Source: Pseudomonadota bacterium (lineage in GTDB: Bacteria; Desulfobacterota; Desulfovibrionia; Desulfovibrionales; Desulfovibrionaceae). From it: a stretch of 64,000 nt of DNA. The notes under the pieces are model-generated. The model was given only the letters and a program-made list of their open reading frames with translations. It ran no database searches and was not told where the DNA came from. Of the stretch, positions 10,216 to 18,976 are shown one piece after another. A program made the translations under genes and the position numbers. The stretch covers positions 4,515 to 68,514 of the forward strand of contig JAEWCY010000001.1 in the NCBI GenBank assembly GCA_023390395.1, given 5' to 3'. Numbering within the stretch: the stretch's first letter is position 1; every line of letters begins with the position of its first letter.

Positions 10216-12533
10216 GTCGGTCGGCCTCCTCGGGCGGCCGCGCCGGCGAGGACGTCGCAGCAGTCCCGGAAATCCTCGATGAAGCGCTCGAGGTAGACGT
10301 CGGCCAGGAGCACGACCTTGCGCCGGGCCTCCTCGCCGAAACGCGCCTTGAGCCCGTCGGCGATGCGCTCCTGGGTGCGGCAGTTGGGCGTGGCCATGAG
10401 GAACACGTCCGCAAAGGAAAGGTCGGCCAGCTCGGCCGGCTTGCGCAGCGCCCGGCCGGCCAGGGTCCCGCCCTCCAGGAAGTTGTCCAGGAAGGCCGTG
10501 ACCACGAGCCCCGCCTCCTCCAGGACGTCCGCCATGTTCACGGCGAAGGCCCCGGCCGGGGCCAGGCAGCAGCGCGCCCCCGGGCCGTGGGCGCGCGCCA
10601 GGCGCTCGGCCACGTTCCGGTACAGCGGCCGGCACTGGTGCACGTCCCCGGGAGGCGGAAAGGAGAAGCGGACCGTCTCCCAGGGTTCGGCCAGGCCGTC
10701 CTTGACGCCCTTGACGAAGTCCGGCCAGCCCGGGGGCAGGACGGTCATGGCCCGGTCGGCCAGGCCCAGGTCGGCCAGTCGCCGGGCCGTGTCCGCATAG
10801 TCGTCGGCGTCGGCCACCAGCACGCAGTCCGCCGTTTCCGGGCGCAGTTCGCGCATGGGGCGCACGGGATGGATCAGGAAGCGGCCGTCCGGATGCAGGG
10901 CGTGCTCCCCCACCACCATGGCCACCCGGTCCGGGTCGTCGAGAAACACGTCGGTGGTCAGCAGGCCCAGGGCGTTGACCCCCTGGCCGACGACCGCGAC
11001 CTTGCCCTTGTCCGCCAGCATGGCCTGTAGGGCCCGCTTGTGGGCGTCGAAGGGCGGATGGTGGTAGAAGTCCATGAACACGGGGTGACGGCAGCGGGGG
11101 CAGGAACGGTGCTCGGTGAAAAGGGTGTTGGCGTAGAAGAACAAGGGGACGGGCTGGCCGCAGGTGGGGCACGCGCCGGCGCAGGCCGCGAAGTCCGGGG
11201 CGGCGACGTTGAAATGGGCGTGGATGCCGCCGCGGTACCGGCCGTAGTGGCGCAGGGCCGCCCTGTTCAGTTCGAGCTTGTCGGGGATATCGCTGATGTT
11301 GACGTATTCCGGCTTGAGGATGTTGCCGGCCACCACGCTGTTGAAGAAGTCCAGCGTCTCGAGGTGCCGCCGGGGATCGGTGAAAAGCCCCCTGGCGTAG
11401 GCGTTGTCGTAGATGGCCGTGCCGGGATAGATCGTCACGAACGCCCCGCCGCCGTAGGTCTTCTCCTCGAGCAGCAGGTCCATGGTCTGGGCGATCTCCG
11501 CCTCCCCCTCGCCCTCGGAGCCGAACATGAAGGTGGCGTAGACGTAGAGCCCCACCTCCTTGGCCTTGCGCAGGAAGGCGCGCACGAGGTCCGTGCTCGT
11601 GCGCTTGCGCATGCGCCCGAGCACCGCGTCGTTGCCGCTCTCGTAGCCCACGCCCACGATGACGCAGCCGGCCTCCTTCATGAGCTCCAGGCATTCCAGG
11701 GGCATGTCCGCCCGCATGGAGCACTGCCAGGGCCGGCCGATGCCGCTGGCCCGGTAGGCGTCCACGAACTCCCGCACGGCCTTGAGGGTGGGGTAGAACA
11801 TCTCGTTGAGGAACAGGAAGCCGTCGAAGTCGTAGCCGCTTTCGTGGTGCAGCCGCAGTTCCTCGATCACCTCGGCCACGGGCCGCGTGCGGAAGGTCCC
11901 CAGGGTGGGGGAGCAGAACGTGCACTTGCCGGTGCAGCCCCGGCCGGTCAGCACGGGCAGGCCGCGAAACTCCGGCAGGCCCGGCACCCGGACCAGGTCG
12001 ATGTAGTACTGGATGTTGGTGATGTCTTCCCAGACCGGGAACAGGCGGTTTTTCGCCAGCGAAACGGGCCGGGCCGGGGGTGTGGCCACCGCGTTTCCCC
12101 GGTCGTTGAAGGCGATGCCCCGGATGTCGCGCAGCCGGGCCGGGTCGGGCCGCCCGGAGGCGATTTCGCGCAGCAGGTCGGGCATGGAGGCTTCGCATTC
12201 CCCGACGACCAGGTATTCCACGGGCATCATGTCCATGAGGAGCCCGGGGGGACAGTCGTGGGTGATGCTGCCGCCGAGCACCGTGGCCACGTCCGGAGCC
12301 TTGGCCTTGGCCAGGTCGAAGATGCGGCGGATGGAGCCGACGTCGCCGCAAAGCCCGCCCGTGGCCACGGCGAAGAACTCCCCGCCGGCCAGCCGCTCGA
12401 CCCAGCCGGTCTTGTCGAAGACCGTGTCCGCGTACTCGTAGGGGATGCCGTTTTCCCGCAGGCAGGCCATGACGTAGGCCAGGCCCAGGGGGAGGTGCCG
12501 GTAGTCCGGCTTGACGATGAGCAGTTTCCGCAT
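10212..12533 (-). CDS. B12-binding radical SAM protein with Zn-ribbon and two C-terminal Rossmann-like domains
   Basis: PLGLAYV, VLGG, VVGECE, GRGCTGKCTFC, GYESG; CPTC/CPRC pairs. Confidence 0.88.
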   Translation of the reverse strand: MRKLLIVKPDYRHLPLGLAYVMACLRENGIPYEYADTVFDKTGWVERLAGGEFFAVATGGLCGDVGSIRRIFDLAKAKAPDVATVLGGSITHDCPPGLLMDMMPVEYLVVGECEASMPDLLREIASGRPDPARLRDIRGIAFNDRGNAVATPPARPVSLAKNRLFPVWEDITNIQYYIDLVRVPGLPEFRGLPVLTGRGCTGKCTFCSPTLGTFRTRPVAEVIEELRLHHESGYDFDGFLFLNEMFYPTLKAVREFVDAYRASGIGRPWQCSMRADMPLECLELMKEAGCVIVGVGYESGNDAVLGRMRKRTSTDLVRAFLRKAKEVGLYVYATFMFGSEGEGEAEIAQTMDLLLEEKTYGGGAFVTIYPGTAIYDNAYARGLFTDPRRHLETLDFFNSVVAGNILKPEYVNISDIPDKLELNRAALRHYGRYRGGIHAHFNVAAPDFAACAGACPTCGQPVPLFFYANTLFTEHRSCPRCRHPVFMDFYHHPPFDAHKRALQAMLADKGKVAVVGQGVNALGLLTTDVFLDDPDRVAMVVGEHALHPDGRFLIHPVRPMRELRPETADCVLVADADDYADTARRLADLGLADRAMTVLPPGWPDFVKGVKDGLAEPWETVRFSFPPPGDVHQCRPLYRNVAERLARAHGPGARCCLAPAGAFAVNMADVLEEAGLVVTAFLDNFLEGGTLAGRALRKPAELADLSFADVFLMATPNCRTQERIADGLKARFGEEARRKVVLLADVYLERFIEDFRDCCDVLAGAAARGGRPT

Positions 12534-12542
12534 GGGCCCGCC

Positions 12543-13238
12543 TCAGGCTTCCAGGTGGTATCCCGGCAGTTCGCCGAGGATGAAGGAGGCGAGCCTGGCC
12601 TTGTCCGGGCCATCCACGCGCAGCGCCTCCAGTTCCGAGACCGGGTGGACGAAGTGGCGCGGCAGCCCGGCCCGGACGCTCCCCTCGCAGCTGAACCGCG
12701 TGGCGTGGTCGTAGCGCACCAGCGGCGGCACGCAGCCCTCTTCCATGGCCAGGGGCGCGTCGTTGAGCACGCTGACCATGGCGCCCTGCGCCCCGACGAC
12801 GCCCAGGGCCTCGCGCAGGCGCACGGCCAGGTACAGGAAGGGCAGGCCGCGCGACACGGCCGCCTCCCGCATGGCCAGCAGGGTTTCCCGGCGCACCAGG
12901 GCGTTGGCCAGGTTCATGTGCAGGAAATGCCGGCGCATGAGGGTTTCGTAATCGACCCCCAGGTCCTCCCGGATGAAGTCCATCATGGCGTTGGTCATCC
13001 GGTGGCCGGGCAACAGCCCCTGCGACGCCTCCAGCCGCTCCCAGGGCATGACCGCATAGCCGCAGGCCAAGGCCTCGGCGCGCACTTCCGGGCGCGAGGT
13101 CAGCACGTAGAACCGGTCGGCCAGGCCCCGGCAGGCCTGCAGGGCGAAGTGCTGGTGCGGCCGGCCGAGGACGTCGTAGACGCCTTCCACGGCGTCCACG
13201 GCATAGGGCGGATAGGGATAGGCGACGCCGACGATCAT
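12543..13238 (-). CDS. Hypothetical protein, degenerate cytidylyltransferase-like paralog of 3119-3847
   Basis: DVLGRP..DRFYVLT, HMNLANALVR, ELEALRVD align by eye with the 3119-3847 protein; ATGA overlap. Confidence 0.55.
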   Translation of the reverse strand: MIVGVAYPYPPYAVDAVEGVYDVLGRPHQHFALQACRGLADRFYVLTSRPEVRAEALACGYAVMPWERLEASQGLLPGHRMTNAMMDFIREDLGVDYETLMRRHFLHMNLANALVRRETLLAMREAAVSRGLPFLYLAVRLREALGVVGAQGAMVSVLNDAPLAMEEGCVPPLVRYDHATRFSCEGSVRAGLPRHFVHPVSELEALRVDGPDKARLASFILGELPGYHLEA

Positions 13239-14695
13239 TGGCCCGCCTCCCGGACCACCTGGCTGGCGATCTGCCGGTGGGCGTTGGCCCGCGTCTTTCT
13301 GCGGATGTCGTTGAGCTCCTCCACGGAGATGCGCATCTGCCGGGCGATGCGTTCGAGCTTTTCCGGCCGCCCGAAGTTGATGCGGTCCCACTCGTAGGCC
13401 CGCAGCACCGTGAGGTCGTTGGCCATGAACTCCGCTGTCTCGATCTGGCCCGCGCTCCAGCGCAGCTCGCCCTGGCTGAAGCCCTTCTTGAACAGGCCGT
13501 GCTCCTCGCACAACTCCCACAGGCGGGTGTTGCGCAGGGGGATGGCGTGGAAGAGCTTCATGTAGTCGGGATCGAGCTCCTCGGCGAAACGGATGCTGTC
13601 CCGGATCTCCTGCCAGGTCTCGGTGGGGAAGCCGATGATGAAGTTGGCCGAGACGAAGATGCCTTCCCGCTGGGCGGCCCGGGTGATCCTCTTGGCGTGC
13701 TCGAAGTCGATGGGCTTGCCCACGATGTCGTGCACGACCCGGTCGGTGCCCGATTCGATGGCGATGCAGATGTACTGGCAGCCGCTGCGGCGCATGAGCC
13801 GGATCATCTCCTCGTCCAGGCGGAAGACCGCCGTGGCGATGGACACCCAGGGCATGTCCAGGCCGCGCTCGATCATGCCTTCCAGGATCGCCTTGGCCCG
13901 GCGGCGGCTGGTGAAGAAGTTGTCGTCGTCGAAGGTCAGGGAGCGGATGCCGTAGGTCTCCTTGAGCCAGGCGATTTCATCGAGGACATCCTCGGCGGCG
14001 CGCGGCCGGAACCGGCTGCCCTGGATGGACTTGACCTGGCAGAAGACGCAGTTGACCGGGCAGCCCCGGGAACTGAAGATGCGGCCATAGGGGAAAAGGC
14101 GCGGCGAATCCACGCTGTGCCGGTCGGCCGAGTTGGCGTAGGCCGGGTAGTCGATGAGGTCGTAGGCCGGCAGGGGCAACTCGCTCAGATCCATGATGAA
14201 GTCCGACCGCCCGCCGTTTACGACCTGGCCGTCGCGCCGGTAGACGAGGCCCTTTTCCGGCAGCGGCTCCCCCTGGGTCAGGTGGCGCACGAAATCGCGC
14301 AGCACGTACTCGCCCTCGCCGACGAAGCCGTAGTCGATGTTGGCGTCGGCGATGGCGATCTCCGGGTTCACCGTCATGTAGACGCCGCCCATGAGCACCG
14401 TCGCCCCGGGCAGGACCTCCCTGGCCATGGCCGCCACGGCGTGGCCGGAAGGGGCGAACTGGTCCATCATCACGGTCACGCCCACCACGTCCGGGGCCCG
14501 GGCGGCCAGCTCCCGGCGGACCGCCTCCGGGGTCATGTCCGCCATGTAGGCGTCGAGGATGGACACCTCGCACAGGTCCCGGACCATGGCCGCCAGCAGG
14601 CACAGGTTGTACGGGACGATCTGCCACAGGGTGCTGGCGTCGCCCCCCACCCAGCGGTAGTTGGGTAGGACCAGCAGGAGTTTGAGCTTTTTCAC
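13235..14695 (-). CDS. B12-binding radical SAM protein
   Basis: PYNLCLLAA, LMGGVY, VGEGE, SRGCPVNCVFC, FDDDNF, IESG, FIIGFP. Confidence 0.92.
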   Translation of the reverse strand: MKKLKLLLVLPNYRWVGGDASTLWQIVPYNLCLLAAMVRDLCEVSILDAYMADMTPEAVRRELAARAPDVVGVTVMMDQFAPSGHAVAAMAREVLPGATVLMGGVYMTVNPEIAIADANIDYGFVGEGEYVLRDFVRHLTQGEPLPEKGLVYRRDGQVVNGGRSDFIMDLSELPLPAYDLIDYPAYANSADRHSVDSPRLFPYGRIFSSRGCPVNCVFCQVKSIQGSRFRPRAAEDVLDEIAWLKETYGIRSLTFDDDNFFTSRRRAKAILEGMIERGLDMPWVSIATAVFRLDEEMIRLMRRSGCQYICIAIESGTDRVVHDIVGKPIDFEHAKRITRAAQREGIFVSANFIIGFPTETWQEIRDSIRFAEELDPDYMKLFHAIPLRNTRLWELCEEHGLFKKGFSQGELRWSAGQIETAEFMANDLTVLRAYEWDRINFGRPEKLERIARQMRISVEELNDIRRKTRANAHRQIASQVVREAGQ

Positions 14696-14708
14696 GCGGC
14701 CACCCTCG

Positions 14709-15812
14709 TCATATGAAATTCACGTGCAGCGGCTCCTGCCCCTCGCCGGGCCGCAGGACCTCCTCGCCCCTTTTGAGACGCCACAGCCGCTCGTTGACCT
14801 TGTGCTGCAGGCACAGCGTGCCGCAGTCCGTGTTGGCGTTGAAGCGGTTCGAGGCGATCTCCCGCATGATGTCCCAGTAGCGTTCGCTGCGCCAGAGATC
14901 GATGAAGGGCGTCCGACTGATGTTGCCGATGTGGAACCTGGAGTAGCGCTCGTTGAAGAACATGCCGCAGGGCGCGACCAGTCCGCTTCCCGACATCTGG
15001 AGGATCAGCGGCGGCCCGTAGCACTGGGCATAGATGCGGTTGCGCCCGGTCCTGATCTTGGACCACTTCACGGCCACCCGGTAGCCGTCCGTGCTCAGGG
15101 CCTCGGCCTGGCGCAGCAGGGGCGTGAGGGCCTCGTAGGCGGCGTAGTCCACGCCCAGGGTGCCGTTCTCGTCGTCGCTGCAGTGCTTGACCACCAGGTA
15201 GTCCACGCCCAGTTCGCCGCCGAGCCTGGCCAGGGGGAGGATCTGGTCCGCCAGCGCGGGCAGCAGCACCATCTGCAGGCCCAGGGTGACGGGGAGCCGG
15301 CGCGTCCGGGCGATGCGCACGCATTTTTCGATGGTGGCCCGGACCTTGTGGAAGCAGGCCTCGGCGCAGCCGTGCACCTGGGCGTAGCGCCCGGCCTCGC
15401 CGGCGGAAATGTTGAAGCGCAGGTAGGTCAGGGCCGGCAGGATCTCCTCCAGCCGGTCGTCCTTGAGCAGGTAGCCGTTGGTGCCAAGGGCCATGTCCAG
15501 GCCGTTGGCCCTGCCGTGCAGGATGGCCGCGTACAGGTGCGGGCTGCAGGTGGATTCGCCGTCGCTGACGAAGCTCACCGCCTTGACGCCGATGGCCGCG
15601 GCGTCGTCCAGGAAGCGGAAGATGACGTCGCGGGACAGGGCCTCGCCGGGATTGTCCTGCATCTGGCCGTAGCAGTAGGTGCAGCGGTAGGAGCACTTCC
15701 GGGTCAGGGCGCAGTCGATGGTCAGGGGGGCCACCCGCTCGCCGGCCAGCAGGGCCTCCACCCGCTGCCTGTGCCAGCGCAGCTTGTCCCCGTCCAAGAC
15801 GATCTCAGCCAT
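14709..15812 (-). CDS. Radical SAM protein with C-terminal SPASM/twitch domain
   Basis: CSYRCTYC, GTNG, CYGPP..GLVAPC..IGNI..CGTLC; ends HVNFI. Confidence 0.9.
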   Translation of the reverse strand: MAEIVLDGDKLRWHRQRVEALLAGERVAPLTIDCALTRKCSYRCTYCYGQMQDNPGEALSRDVIFRFLDDAAAIGVKAVSFVSDGESTCSPHLYAAILHGRANGLDMALGTNGYLLKDDRLEEILPALTYLRFNISAGEAGRYAQVHGCAEACFHKVRATIEKCVRIARTRRLPVTLGLQMVLLPALADQILPLARLGGELGVDYLVVKHCSDDENGTLGVDYAAYEALTPLLRQAEALSTDGYRVAVKWSKIRTGRNRIYAQCYGPPLILQMSGSGLVAPCGMFFNERYSRFHIGNISRTPFIDLWRSERYWDIMREIASNRFNANTDCGTLCLQHKVNERLWRLKRGEEVLRPGEGQEPLHVNFI

Positions 15813-16869
15813 GGGCGGCCTCCCGCGACGGGCGGGCCAGCAGCTCCCGCACCCGCGCCTTGATGGCCTCCTTGCCCGGATAGAACACGTCCTCCAGGGC
15901 GCGGGAGGCCGGGGTGGGGATGTCGGGCAGGCCCACGCGGGCCACCGGCCCCCTGAGGGCGTCGAAGGCCTTTTCGCCGACCAGGGCCGCGATCTCCGCG
16001 CTCCAGCCGGCCATGACGTTGCCCGTGTCGGCCAGGACCAGCCGGCCGGTCCTGCGCACGGAGTCCAGGAGCAGGGCCTCGTCCACGGGCTTGACGCTGC
16101 GCATGTCGAGCACTTCCACGTCCACGCCTTCCGCCGCCAGCTCCTCGGCCGCCTCCAGGGCCTCGCAGACCATGAGGGACAGGGCGCACACCGTGGCGTC
16201 CCGGCCGGGGCGGGCCAGGCGGCCCTTGCCCAGGGGCGCGAGGTACATCTCCTCGGGCGTGGGGCCCTGGCGGCCGTAGAGCCAGCGGTGTTCGAGCACG
16301 ATCACCGGCCCGTCGTCGGCGATGGCGGCCAGGAGCAGCCCCTTGGCGTCGCGCGGGGTGGCGGGCATGACGATCTTGAGCCCCGGCACGTGCATGAGCA
16401 TGCCCTGCAGGCTCTGGGAATGCTGGGCGGCCGAGCCCCAGCCCCGGCCGATGAGGGCGCGGATGACCAGGGGGGCCTTCTGGGCCCCGTCGGTCATGTA
16501 GCGCCACTTGGCCACGTGGTTGACCAGCTGGTCCATGCCCATGAGCATGAAGTCCATGCGCATGTGCACGTAGACGGGCCGCAGCCCGGAGATGGCCGCG
16601 CCCAGGGCCATGCCCGTGGAGGCGTTCTCGGCGATAGGCAGGTCGAAGCAGCGCTCGGGGCCGAATTCCTTGTGCAGGTTCAGGGTGGAGCCGAAGATGC
16701 CGCCCGGGTCGTCCACGCCCTCGCCCATGACGATCACGCCCGCGTCGGCGGCCATGGCCTGGGCCTGGGCCTCCCGCAGGGCCTGGGAATAGGTCAGGAC
16801 GCGCCCCGCGCCTTCCTCGGCGGGGCGTCCGGCGGCATAGCTGTCGGCGAGCAGTCGTGTCCAGGGCAT
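15805..16869 (-). CDS. TPP-dependent dehydrogenase E1 beta / transketolase C-terminal subunit
   Basis: MGEGV, DLPIAEN, AAQHSQS, PGLKIVMPATPRDAKGLL, DMRSVKPVD. Confidence 0.92.
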   Translation of the reverse strand: MPWTRLLADSYAAGRPAEEGAGRVLTYSQALREAQAQAMAADAGVIVMGEGVDDPGGIFGSTLNLHKEFGPERCFDLPIAENASTGMALGAAISGLRPVYVHMRMDFMLMGMDQLVNHVAKWRYMTDGAQKAPLVIRALIGRGWGSAAQHSQSLQGMLMHVPGLKIVMPATPRDAKGLLLAAIADDGPVIVLEHRWLYGRQGPTPEEMYLAPLGKGRLARPGRDATVCALSLMVCEALEAAEELAAEGVDVEVLDMRSVKPVDEALLLDSVRRTGRLVLADTGNVMAGWSAEIAALVGEKAFDALRGPVARVGLPDIPTPASRALEDVFYPGKEAIKARVRELLARPSREAAHG

Positions 16870-16888
16870 GAAGGCCTTCTTTGCGGGC

Positions 16889-17881
16889 TCAGACGTTTTC
16901 CCAAAGCGCCCGCGGCGACGGCCACGGGCAGTCGCGGCCGAAGGCGAACGCCTCGTCGAGGCGGCGTTCCAGGGCCTCGCGCAGGGCGTCGATGCGCTCC
17001 CGGCCGGCCACGCCCTCGCGCACCAGCAGCGCGGACAGGCGCTCCACCGGGCAGCGCGCCACCCAGCCCTCCCATTCCTCCCGCGAGCGGTAGCCCTTTT
17101 CCAGGCCGTCCGCCGGGCCCACGTGGTCCATCCAGCGGTAGGTGAGGAACTCGAAAAAGGCCGGACCGCCGCCCTGCCTGGCCCGTTCGATGGCCGGGGC
17201 CACCGCCGCGCTCACGGCCAGGGCGTCGTTGCCGTCCAGGCGGCGGGCCGGGATGCCGTAGCCCGGGGCCAGGCCCGCGCCGCCCTGGTAGGCCTGGCGG
17301 CCGCTCACGTGGGAACTGGTGGCGTAGAGATTGTTTTCCTGCACGAAGATCAGGGGGAGCTTCTTGAGGGCCGCGATGTTGAGGCTTTCGTGGAAGCTGC
17401 CCTCCTCCGACGCGCCGTCCCCGAAAAAGCACACGCACACCTGGCCGTCGCGCCTCAGCCGCGAGGCCAGGGCCCCGCCCAGGGCGACGGGCAGGCTGCC
17501 GCCGACGATGGCCGTGGTGCCGCACACGCCCTTGGCCGGGTCCACCAGGTGCATGGAGCCGCCCTTGCCCCCGGAGCAGCCGCCCGCCCGGCAATAGAGC
17601 TCGGCGGCCAGACGCTCGAGGTCGCCGCCCTTGGCCAGGTAGTGGCCGTGGCAGCGGTGGGAGCTGAAGATGCGGTCCGCGTCGGCGAGATGGGCGCACA
17701 CCCCGGCGGGCACGGCCTCCTGGCCGATGCACAGGTGCACGGGGGTGCGCATCTCCTGCGCGCCGTAAAGGGCCACCACCCGGCTTTCGAACTGCCGGAT
17801 CAGCATCATGGTCTCCAGCAGGCCGAGCCCCTGCGACCGGAGAAGCTCCCTGGGGTCCATCGATGTTTCCTGTGCTGCCAC
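16889..17881 (-). CDS. TPP-dependent dehydrogenase E1 alpha subunit
   Basis: HLCIGQEA, SHRCHGH, GKGGSMH, TPP motif FFGDGA..ENNLYA, TYRWMDH. Confidence 0.92.
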   Translation of the reverse strand: MAAQETSMDPRELLRSQGLGLLETMMLIRQFESRVVALYGAQEMRTPVHLCIGQEAVPAGVCAHLADADRIFSSHRCHGHYLAKGGDLERLAAELYCRAGGCSGGKGGSMHLVDPAKGVCGTTAIVGGSLPVALGGALASRLRRDGQVCVCFFGDGASEEGSFHESLNIAALKKLPLIFVQENNLYATSSHVSGRQAYQGGAGLAPGYGIPARRLDGNDALAVSAAVAPAIERARQGGGPAFFEFLTYRWMDHVGPADGLEKGYRSREEWEGWVARCPVERLSALLVREGVAGRERIDALREALERRLDEAFAFGRDCPWPSPRALWENV

Positions 17882-17890
17882 GGTCGTGTC

Positions 17891-18961
17891 CTAGATGAAA
17901 TTGACGTGGGGGGACGGGTGCTTCAACTGCCAGAGGTAGCGGTTGGCCGCCTCCAGGCGACAGTTGACCCTGCATGCGCCCACGTCAAGGGCCTCGGCGG
18001 CGAAACGCAGGACCTTGGCCCGACGCGGGCCGAAAAACACCTCTTGCGGGCTCTGGGCGACGAGGTTGCCGAACAGGAAGCGTTCGTCGGTGATGTAGGC
18101 GAGGCAACCCCAGACGTCGCCGCCCGTGTCCACGTAGCCGGCGAACGGCAGGCCCAGGCAGCGGTCGAAGGCATGCCGGGGCTGGTCGAGCCGGCGCATG
18201 GTCTCCCGCCGGAAGATCACGTTGAAGGCGTCGGTCTCGAGGGCGCGCAGGCTTTCGTCCAGCGCGGCCATGTCCGGGTAGCGCAGGTCGGCGAACTCCC
18301 GGTTGCCGCTCAGGGGATGCTGGGAATAGGGCTTGACCACCAGGTAGTCCAGGCCCGCCTCCCGGGCGAGGCGCGCCAGGATCGGGGCCTCGTGGGCGTT
18401 TTCCGGGAGCAGCACCATCTGCATGCCCAGGGTGCAGTCCAGGCCCCGCCGGGCCCGGACGGCCGCGGCCCGTTCGAGGTTGCGCACGGCGTCGTGGAAT
18501 TTCCCGGCCGCCACGCCGTGCACCCGGGCGTAGGTCTCCGGGGTGCCGGCGTTGACGCTGGCCTTGATCCAGCGCACGTGGCCGAGGACCCGGGAGGCCG
18601 CCTCCTCGCCCATGAGGACGGCGTTGGTGGTGATGGCCACGTCCACGCCGACGCCGTGGGTATGCTCCACGATGTCCGGCAGGTCCGGGTGCAGGAACGG
18701 CTCGCCCTCCCCGGCGTACATGACGCTTTTTAGCCCCAGCCTGCCCATGCCCTCCACCCTGTCCTTGAGCAGGGCCGTGTCCCACAGTCGCTTGCGGTAG
18801 CCCAGAAAGTCCATGCCGCAGAAGCGGCAGCGGCAGTTGCACGCCCCGCTGGGGGAGATCTCCAGGTAGATGGGGGCCACGGGCTCGCCCCGGAGCCAGG
18901 CGGCCAGGCGCTCCGGGTGCAGATGCATCTTGTGGCTGTCGATGTTGTACTGGTCCGTCAC
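17891..18961 (-). CDS. Radical SAM protein with C-terminal SPASM/twitch domain
   Basis: CNCRCRFC, GEGEP, TTNA, CLGLPF..GDVWGC..FGNL..CRVNC; ends HVNFI. Confidence 0.9.
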   Translation of the reverse strand: MTDQYNIDSHKMHLHPERLAAWLRGEPVAPIYLEISPSGACNCRCRFCGMDFLGYRKRLWDTALLKDRVEGMGRLGLKSVMYAGEGEPFLHPDLPDIVEHTHGVGVDVAITTNAVLMGEEAASRVLGHVRWIKASVNAGTPETYARVHGVAAGKFHDAVRNLERAAAVRARRGLDCTLGMQMVLLPENAHEAPILARLAREAGLDYLVVKPYSQHPLSGNREFADLRYPDMAALDESLRALETDAFNVIFRRETMRRLDQPRHAFDRCLGLPFAGYVDTGGDVWGCLAYITDERFLFGNLVAQSPQEVFFGPRRAKVLRFAAEALDVGACRVNCRLEAANRYLWQLKHPSPHVNFI

Positions 18962-18976
18962 GTCGCCCGTCCTTGG

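Noticed and set aside
7346..12351. Apparent giant proteins in the ORF track (1022 aa at 7346-10414, 1190 aa at 8779-12351; also 29423-32245, 28623-30671, 40484-42661)
   Set aside because: Only the C-terminal parts are protein-like. Real starts with RBS or stop/start overlaps lie downstream, so these are neither fusions nor frameshifts
15805..17881. Housekeeping pyruvate or acetoin dehydrogenase (pdhAB/acoAB)
   Set aside because: No E2, E3 or lipoyl genes nearby and the pair is embedded in a sugar operon; gene symbols withheld
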